DNA of 64,000 nt. It comes from the human T2T-CHM13v2.0 reference genome, Homo sapiens. Below are positions 54,790 through 64,000 of the stretch, in pieces; the stretch's first letter is position 1, and every line of letters starts with the position of its first letter. Where the stretch lies: the NCBI RefSeq assembly GCF_009914755.1, contig NC_060931.1. One strand, written 5' to 3'. The position numbers were made by a program, and so were the translations under genes. Under the pieces are notes generated by a model, which was not told the origin of the DNA, searched no databases, and saw only the letters and a program-made list of their open reading frames with translations.

Positions 54790-57700
54790 TCTTTCTTTTG
54801 ATTGAGCAGTTTGGATACACTCTTTTTGTCCATTCTGTGAAATGACATTTGGAAGCTCATTGAGGAAAATGGCACAAAAGAAATAACCCCAGATGAAAAC
54901 TAGAAAGAAATTATCTGAGAAACCACTCTGTGATATCTGTATTTATCTCACAGAGTTAAACGTTTCTTTTCCTTCAGCATATATTGGAGTGCATTGAGGC
55001 CTATGGTGATAAAGAAAATATTTTAGGATAAAAACTAGAAAGAAGCTTTCTGAGAAACTGCTAAGTGTTGTACATATTCATCTCACAGTTTTAAAACTTT
55101 CTTTTGATTCAGTACTTTGGAAGCACTGTTTTTGTCCGTTCTGAGAATGGACATTTGGGAGTTCATTGAGGCCAATGGTGAATAAGGGAATACCCCAGGA
55201 TAAAAACTAGAAGTAAGCTATCTGAGAAACTGCTGTTTGATGTGTGCATTCATCTCACAGACTTAAACTATTTTTTTGAATCAGCAGTTTGGAAACACTG
55301 TTTTTGTCAATTTGACCAATGGACTTTTGGGAGCTCATTGAGGTTAAACTCAACAAAATGAATACACTCAGTACAAAATAGAAGGAAGCTATCTGAGAAA
55401 CTGTTTGTGAAGTGTGTATTCATTTCATGGATTTAAACATTTCTTTTGATTCAGCAGTTTGTAAGCACTGTTTCTGTCCATTCTGTGAATGGATATTTGG
55501 GAACTGATTGAAGCCAATAGTGAAAAGTGAAAATCCCAGGATTAAAAACTGGAAGGAACCTATCTGAGAAAACGCTTTGTGATGTGTGTATTCATCTCGC
55601 AGTCTGAAACCTTTTATTTCATTCAGCCCTTTGGAAAAACTGTTTTTGTAGAATCTGTGAAGGGATATTTGGGAGTGCTTTTAGGCTATGGTGAAAAAGA
55701 AAATATCTTCAGATAAAAACTAGAAAGGAGCTTTCTTAAAAACTTCTTTGTGAAGTGGGCATTTATCTCACAGAGTTAAACTTTGTTTTGATTCAGCAAT
55801 TTGGAAACACTGCTTTTGTCCATTCTGTGAATGGACATTTTGGTGCTCACTGACTCCAACAGTAAAAAGGGAATATCCCAGGAAAAAACTACAATTAAGC
55901 TATCTGACAAACCGCTTTACAAAGTGTGCGTTCATCTGGCAGAGTTAAAGCTTTATTTTCTTTAAGCAGTTTGGAAAGACTGTTTTTGTCGAATCTGAGA
56001 AGAGATATTTGGGAGCACATTGAGGCATAAGGTGAAAAATAAAATATCTTCTGATAAAAGCTAGAAAGAAGCTTTCTGTGAAGCTGTTTTGTGATGTGTG
56101 CATTCATCTTACAGAAATAAAACTTTCTTTTGATTCAGTTGTTTGGATACACTGTTTTTTTCAATTCAGCAAATGGACATTTTTGAGCTCATTGAGGCCA
56201 ATGGGGGAAAAGTGTATATTGCAGGATAAATACCAGCATGAAACTATCTGAGAAACTACATTGTGATGTGCACATTCATCTCACAGACTTAAACCTTTCT
56301 TTACATTGTGCAGTCCAGAAACACTGTTGTTGTAGAATCTGTCAAGGGATATTTGGAAGTGTAAAAAGGCCTATGGTGAAAAAGAAAATATCTTCAGATA
56401 TAAACTATAAAGAAGGTTCCTGAGAAGTTGCTTTGTGATGTGTGCATTCATATCACAGAGTTAAGCCTTTCTTTTGATTCACCAGTTTGGAAACACTGTT
56501 TTTGTCCATTCTGCGAATGGATATGTGGGAGCTCATTGAGGCCAATGGTGAAAACGCCAATATCCCAGGATAAAAACTAGAGGAAAGCTATCTGAAAAAC
56601 CGGTTTTTTATGTGTCCATTCATCTCACACAGTTAAACCTTTCTTTTGTTTTAGCATTTTGGAAACACTGTTTTTGTCCACTTGGAGAATGGATTTTTGA
56701 GAGCTCATTGAGGCCAAAAGTGAAAAAGTGAATATCACAAGATAAAAACTAGAAGAAAGCTATCTGCCAAACCACCTTGTGATATTCGCATTCATCTTGC
56801 AGAGTAAAACCTTTCTTTTGATTCAACAGTTCAGAAACCCTTTTTTTGTCCATTCTGTGGATGGACATTTGGGAGTTCATTGAGGCCACTAGTGAAATAG
56901 TGAATATTCCTGGATAAAAACAGGAAGGAAACTATCTGAGAAAATGCTTCATGTTGTGTGTATTCATCTCACAGAGTTAAACCTTTCTTTTGATTCAGCA
57001 GTTTGGAAACACTATTTTGTCCATTCTATGAATGGACATGTGGGAGCTCATTGAGGCCAATGGGGAAAAAGCCAATGTCCCAGGATAAAAACTAGAAGGA
57101 ATCTATATGAAAAACCACTTTATGATGTGTCCATTCATCTCACACAATTAAACCTTTCTTTTGATTCAGTAGTTTGGAAACACTATTTTTGTCCATTCGG
57201 AGAAAGGATATTAGAAAGCTAATTGAGGCAAATACCGAAAAAGTAAATATCCCAAGATAAAAACTAGAAGGAAGCCATCTGCCAAACTACTTTGTGATGC
57301 TCGTATTCATCTTGCAGAGAAAAGCATTTCTTTTGATTCAGCAGTTCAGAGACACTGTTTTTGTCCATTCTGTAAGTGGACATTTGAGAGCTCATTGAGG
57401 CCAATGGTGAAACAGTGAATATTTCAGGATAAAAACTGGAAGGAACTTATATGAGAAACCGCTTCATGATGTGTGCATTCTTCTCTCAGAGTTAAACGTT
57501 TATTTTGATTTAGCCGTTTTGAAACACTATTTCTGTCTATTCTGTGAATGGAGATTTGGGAGATCATTGAGGCCAACGGTGAAAAAGCAAGTATCCCAGG
57601 ATGAAAAGTAGAAAGAAGCTATCTGAGGAACTGCTTTATGATGTGCACATTCATTTCACAGAGTTAAAACTCTTTTCATTCAGCAGTTTGGAAACACTGT

Positions 57701-60700
57701 TTTTGGAGAATCTGTGAAAGGATATATTGGAGTGCATAGAGGCAAATGACAAAAAAAGTGAACATTACAGGATATTCACTAGAAGGAAGCTATCGGAGAA
57801 ACAGCTTTTTGAATTGTGCATTCATCTCACAGAGTTAAACTTTTCTTTTGATTCAGCAGTTTGAAAACACTGTTTTTATCCATTCTATGTGTGGATGATT
57901 TTAGCTCATTGAGGCCAAGGGTGAAAAAGAGAAAGTAACAGGATAAAAACTGGAAGGAAGCTGTCTGAGAAACTGTTTTGTGAAGTGTGCATTCACCTCA
58001 CAGATTTAAACCTTCCTTTTCATTCAGCAGTTGAGAAACACTGTTTTTGTCCATTCTGTGAATGGACATTTGAGAGCTCATTGAGGCCAATGGCAAAAAA
58101 GAGAATATCCCAGGATAAAATCTATAAAGAAGCTATGTGAGAAACCACTTTGTGATGTGTGCATTCATCTCATAGAGATAAATCTTCCTTTTCATTCAGA
58201 GTTTGGATACACTGTTTTAGTTCATTCTTCAAACAGACATTTTGGAGCTCATTGAAGCCAATGAAGAAAAAGTGAATATCCCAGGATAAAAAGTAGGAGA
58301 AAGCTATCTGAGAAACCGGTTTGTGATGTGTGCATTCACCTCACAGAGTTTAAGCTTTGTTTTGATTCAGCAGTTTGGAAATATTCTTTGGCCTATTCAG
58401 AGAAAGGACATTTGGGAACTTTTCAAGGACAATGACAAAAAGGCGAATAACCCAGGATAAATACTAGAAAGAAACCAACTGAAAAACTGCTTTGTGATGT
58501 GTCCATTCACCTCACAGTGTTATACCTTTCTTGTAATACAGCAGTTTGGAAACACTTTTGTTGTAGAATGTGTGAAGGGATATTTGGGAGCGCATTGAGG
58601 CCTATGTGAAAAAGAAAATATCTTCAGATAAAAAGTAGAAAGAAGCTCTCTGAGAAACTGCTTTGTGATGTGTGCATTCACCTCACAGAGTTAAACCTTA
58701 CTTTTGATTTAGCACTTTCAAAACACTGTTTATCTGCATTCTGCGAATAGACATTTGGGAGATCATTGAGACCAATGGCAAAAAAGCAAATATCCAAGGA
58801 TGAAAACTAGAAGGAAGCTATCTGAGAAACCACTTTGTGATGTGTGCATTCAACTCACAGAGTGAAACCTTTATTTTCATACAGCAGTTTGGAAACACTG
58901 TTTTTGTAGAATCTGCAAATTGATATTTGAGAGTACACTGAGGCCTAAGGGGTAAAAGTAAGTATCTTCAGATTATAACTAGAAAGAAACTTTTTGAGAA
59001 ACTGCTTTGTGATGTGTGTATTCATCTCGCAGACTGAAACCTTTTTTTTGATTCAGCAGTTTGGAAACACTGTTTTTGTCCATTCTGCAAATGAACATGT
59101 TGGAGCTCATTGAGGCCAATGGCGAAAAAGAGAATATCCCAGTGTAAAAATTAGAATGAAACTATCTGAGAAATAGTTTTGTGATGTGTGCATTTGTCAC
59201 ACAAATTTAAACATTTCTTTTCATTCAGCAGTTTGGAAACACTGATTTTGTAGATTCTGTGAAGGGCTATTTGGAAGTGCATTGAGATCTACTGTGAAAA
59301 AGAAAATATCTTTAGATAAAAACTAGAAAGAATCTTTCTGAGAAACTGCTTTGTGATGTGTGCATTCATCTAGAAAAGTTAAAATTTTATTTAGATTCAG
59401 CAGTTTGGGAGCACTGTTTCTGTCCATTCTGCGAATGGACATTGGAGAGCTCATTAAGGGCAATGGCAAAAAAAATAATATCCCAGGATAAATACTAGAA
59501 GGAAGCTATCTGCAAAACCGCTTTGCTATGTGTGCATTCATCTGTCAGAGTTAAAACTTTCCTTTCATTCAGGGGTTTAAAACTGTTTTTGTCCATTTTG
59601 CAAATGGACATTTGGGAGCTCATTGTGGTCAATGGCAAAAAAGCATTTATCCCAGGTTAAATACAAGAAACAAGGTATCTGAGAAACCGCTTTGTGATGT
59701 GTGCATTCATCTCACAGAGTTAAACCCTTCTTTTTCATTCAGCAGTATAGAAACAGTTTTCTTGTAGAATCTGCAAAGGGATATTTGGGAGTGCATTGAG
59801 GCCTATGGTGAGAAAGAAAATATCTTCAGATAAAAGCTAGAAAGAAGCTTTTGGAGAAGCTGCTTTGTGACGTGTGCATTCATCTCACAGAGTTAAACCT
59901 TTCTTTTGATTCTGGATTTTGGAAACACTGTGTTTGTCCATTCTGGAAATAGCCATTTTTGAGCTCATTGAGGCCAATGGTGAAAAATAAAATATCCCAG
60001 CATAAAAACTAGAAGGAAGCTATCTGAGAAACTGCTTTGTGATGTGTGCATTCATCTCACTGATTTAAACCCTTCTTTTATTCAGCAGTTTGGAAACACT
60101 GCTTTTGTTCTTCCTGTGAAAGGACATTTTGGAGCTCATTGGGGCCAATGGCAAAAAAGCGAATACACCAGGATAAAAAAAAGAATGAAGCTGTCTGAGA
60201 AACCGCTTTTTGATGTGTGCATTCACCTGGCAGAGGTAAACTTTCCTTTTCAGTCAGCAGTTTTTGTAGAATCTGTGAAGGGATATTTGCGAGTGCATTG
60301 AGGCCTGTGGTGAAAAAGGAAATATCTTCAGATAAAAATTAGAAAGAAGTTTCCTGAGAAACTGCTTAAAGAGGTGTGCATTCCTCTCACAGGGTTAAAC
60401 CTTTTTCCTTTGATTTATCAGTTTGGAAACACTGTTTTTGTACATTCTGGGAATGGACATTAGGGAACTCACTGATGCCATTTGTGAAAAACTGTATACC
60501 CCAGGAAAAAAAGTGGAAGGATATTATCTGAGAAACCCCTTTGTGAAGTCAGCATTTGTCTCTCAGAGTTAAATCTTTCTTTTCATTCAGAAGTTTGGAA
60601 ACACTGTTTTTGTTGAATCTGCCAAGTAATATTAGGGAGTACGTTGAGGCCTAGGGTGAAAAAGAAAATATATTCAGATAAAAACGAAAAGAAGCTTTCT

Positions 60701-63700
60701 GAGAAACTTCTTTGCGATGTGTGCATTCATCTCACTGAGTGAAAACTTACTCTTGATTCAGCAGTTTGGAGACCCTTTTTTGTGCATTCTGTGAATGGAC
60801 ATTTAGGAGCTCGTTGAGTCCAAAGGTGAAAAAGTGAATATCTGAGGATAAAACCTACTAGGAAGTTATTGTGAAACCGTTATGTGATGTCTGCATTTAT
60901 CTCACAGAATTAATCCTTTCTTTTCATTCATCAGTTTGGAAACACTGATTTTGTGGAAACTGCTGAGGAATATTAGGGAGTTCATTGAGGCTTAGGGTGA
61001 AAAAGAAATTATCTTCAAATAAAAACTAGAAAGATGGTTTCTGAGAAATTGCATTGTTATATGTGTATTCATCTCACAGAGTTATACCTTTCTTTACCTT
61101 CAGCAGTTTGTAAACACTGTTGTTGTCCATTCTGACTACAGACATTTGGGAGGTCTTTGAGGCCAAAGGTGAAAAAGTGAACATAACAGGATAAAAATTA
61201 GGAGGAAGCTATCTGAGAAACAGCTCTGTGTTGTCTGCTTTTATCTCATAGAGTAAAACCTTTCTTTTCATTTGTCAGTTTGGAAACTGTTTTTCTGGAA
61301 TCTGCCAAGTAATATTAGGTAGTGCATTGAGGTCTATGGTGAAAAAGAAAATATATTCAGATTAAAACTTGAAAGAAGCTGAGAAACTGCTTTGTGATGT
61401 GTGCATTCATCTCTCAGAGTTAAACTTTTCTTTTGATTCAGCAGTTTGGAAACACTGTTTTTGTCCATTATGTGAGTGGACATTTGGGAGCTCTTTGAGG
61501 CCAATGGTGAAAAAGTGAATATCCCAGGATAAAAACTAGAAGGAAGGTATCTGAGAAACCACTTTATGATGTGTGCATTCATATCACAGAGTTAAATTCT
61601 TCTTTTCATTCAGCAGTTTGGAAAAATTTTTTGTTTGAATCTGCCAAGGTATATTTGGGAGTGCGTTGAGGACTATGTTGAAAAAGAAAATATGTTGAGA
61701 TAAAAACTAGAAAGAAGCTTTCTGAGAAAATGCTTTGTCATGTGTACATTCCTCTCACAGAGTTAAACCTTTCTTTTGATTCAGCAATTTGGAAACACCG
61801 TTTTTGTCCATTCTACAAATGGACATTTGGGAGCTTGATGAGGGCAAAGGCAAGAAAGCCAATATTGAAGGATAAAAACTAGAAGGAAGCTATCTGGAAA
61901 ATATCTTTGTGATGTGTGCATTCATCTCACAGAGTTAAACCTTTCTTTTGATTCAATTGTTTGGAAACACAGTTTTTGTCCATTCTCTGAATGGACATTT
62001 TGAAACTAGTTGAGGCCAATGGTGAAAAAGTGAATATCTCAGAATAAAAACTAGAAGGAAGTTATCTGAAAAACCACCTGGTTTGGTGTTCATTCAACTC
62101 TCAGAGTTATAACATACTTTTCATTCAGCAGTTCTGAAAAACTGATTTTGTAGAATCTGTGAAGGGATATTTGGGGGCGCATTGAGGCCTATGGTGAAAA
62201 AGGAAATATCTTCAGATAAAAACAAGAAAGAAGCTTTCTGAGAAACTGCTTCATGAGGTGTGCTCTCATCTCAAACAGATAAACCTTTCTTTTGATTCAG
62301 CAGTTTGGAAACACGGTTTTTGCCCTTATGCGAATGGACACTTGTGAGCTCCTTGAGGCCAATGCCATAAAACTGAATATCACAGGACAAAAACTATAAG
62401 GAAGCTATCTGAGAAACTGCTTCATGATGTGTACATTCACCTCATAGAGTTAAACGTTTATTTTCACTCAGCAGTTGCTAAACAATGTTTGTGTAGAAAC
62501 TGCAAAGGTATATTTGGGAGCACATAGAGGCCTATGGTGAAAATGAAAATGTCTTCAGATATAAATTATAAAGAACCTTTCTGAGAAACTACTTTGTGAT
62601 GTGTGCTTTTATTTCACAGAATTAAACCCTCCTCTTGACTCACCTGTTTGGAAACACTGTTTTTGTCTATTGTAAGGGTGGACATTTGGGAGCTCATTGT
62701 GGCCAATGGAGAAAAAGCAAATATCCCAAGATAAAAACTGGAAGGAAGCTATCTGAGAAACTGCTTTGTGATGTGGGCATTCATCTCACAGAGTTAAACC
62801 TTTCTTTTCATTCATCATTTTGGAAACACTGTTTTCTAGGATCTGTGAAGGGACATTTTCGATCACATATAGGCCTATGTTGAAAAAAATTTTTCAGATA
62901 CTAACTAGAAAGTATGTTACTGAGAAACCGCTTTGTGACATGTGCATTTTCTCACAGAGTTAAACCCTTCTTTTCATTAAGTAGTTTGGAAACACTGTTT
63001 TTGTACATTCTGTGAATGGACATTTAGGAGCTCACTGAGGCCAATGGCAAAAAAGGAGTATCCAAGAAAAAAAACAGGAAGGAAGCTGTCTGAGAATCCA
63101 CTTTGTGATGTGCATTCACCTCACAGAGTTAAACCTTTGTTTTCATTCAGCAGTTTGGAAACATTGTTTTTGTAGAATCTGCAAAGAGATATTTGGGAGG
63201 GCATTGAGAGCTAAGGCAAAAAAGCAAACATCCGAGGAAAAAAACTAGAAATAAATTATCTGAGAAATGGCATTATGAAGTGTGAATTCATTTTGCAGTG
63301 TTAAACCTTTATTTTCATTCAGTAGTTTGGAAATGCTGTTTTTGTCAAATCAGCAAAGGGATATTTTGGAGTGCATTGAGGCCAATGGTGAAAAAGAAAA
63401 TATCTTCAGATAAAAAGTAAAAGGAAGCTTTCTGAGAAACTGCTTTTTGGTGTGTGCATTCATCTCACAGAGATAAACTTTCCATTGATGCAGCAGTTTG
63501 GAAACACCAGTTTGTCTTTTCTGTGAGTGGACATTTGGGAGATCATAGAGGCCACTGGAGAAAAAGCAAATATCCAGACACAAAAACTAGAAGGAAACTA
63601 TCTGAGAAAATGCTTTGTTACATATGCATTCACCTCGCAAAGTTAAACCTTTTTTTCATTAAGCAGTTTGGAAACAATGATTTTGTAGAATATGCGAAGG

Positions 63701-64000
63701 CATATTTGGGAGCATTTTGAGACCATGGTGAAAAAGAAAATACAGACAAAAACTAGAAAGAAGCTTTCCGAGAAACTGCTTTGACAGGTGTACATTCCTC
63801 TCACAGCTAAACCTCTCTTTCAATAGAGTAGTTTGGAAATACTGTTTTTGTCCATTCTGTGAATGGACATTTGGAATCTCATTGAGACCAATTGTGAAAA
63901 AGTGAATATCCCTGGATAAAAACTAAAAAAAATCTATCTGAGAAACTGCTTTGAGATGTGTGCAATCATCTTGCAGAGTTAAATCTTTCTTTTCAATCAG
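54790..64000 (+). repeat. Alpha satellite in opposite orientation, largely alternating dimer (~344 bp)
   Basis: TCTGAGAAACTGCTTTGTGATGTGTGCATTCATCTCACAGAGTTAAAC on the + strand. GTAGAATCTG..GAGGCCTATGG monomers alternate with GTCCATTCTG..GAGGCCAATGG monomers. Confidence 0.95.

Noticed and set aside
54700-54900. Breakage-fusion-bridge fold-back duplication
   Set aside because: The arms are different monomer types without shared private variants, so they are not mirror copies.

Overview
This window is primate (most likely human) pericentromeric DNA with no host genes. About 92% is diverged, roughly 172-bp-monomer alpha satellite. The monomers carry the A-type (pJ-alpha-like) box TTCCTTTTTCACCATAG, and I saw no CENP-B box by eye, so this looks like old, inactive alphoid rather than a live centromeric HOR array. 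The satellite falls into blocks of different monomer type: a dimer-like block (1-2.5 kb); a block with a recurring ordered multi-monomer pattern (2.5-19.7 kb); plain monomeric blocks (19.7-23.9 and 35.2-45.8 kb); and a two-type CCTGGGATATTC/AGAATGGAC family (28.6-35.2 and 45.8-64 kb). There are three retroelements, all on the minus strand. They are an AluY with a TSD (952-1242), a 4.75-kb L1PA4-6-type LINE-1 truncated at both ends at a satellite-type boundary (23873-28622), and a 158-bp L1 3' stub with a TSD (39232-39389). The array changes orientation at about 50092, 51605 and 54790. Satellite strand is given relative to the conventionally written consensus (...TCTCAGAAACTTCTTTGTGATGTGTGCATTC...). 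I found no new coding system. The best leads are structural: a 1.5-kb inverted alphoid block that looks inserted between in-register flanks, fossil higher-order organisation inside nominally monomeric satellite, and a truncated L1 whose antisense promoter/ORF0 region points into the satellite. All alignments were made by eye, and block boundaries are approximate.
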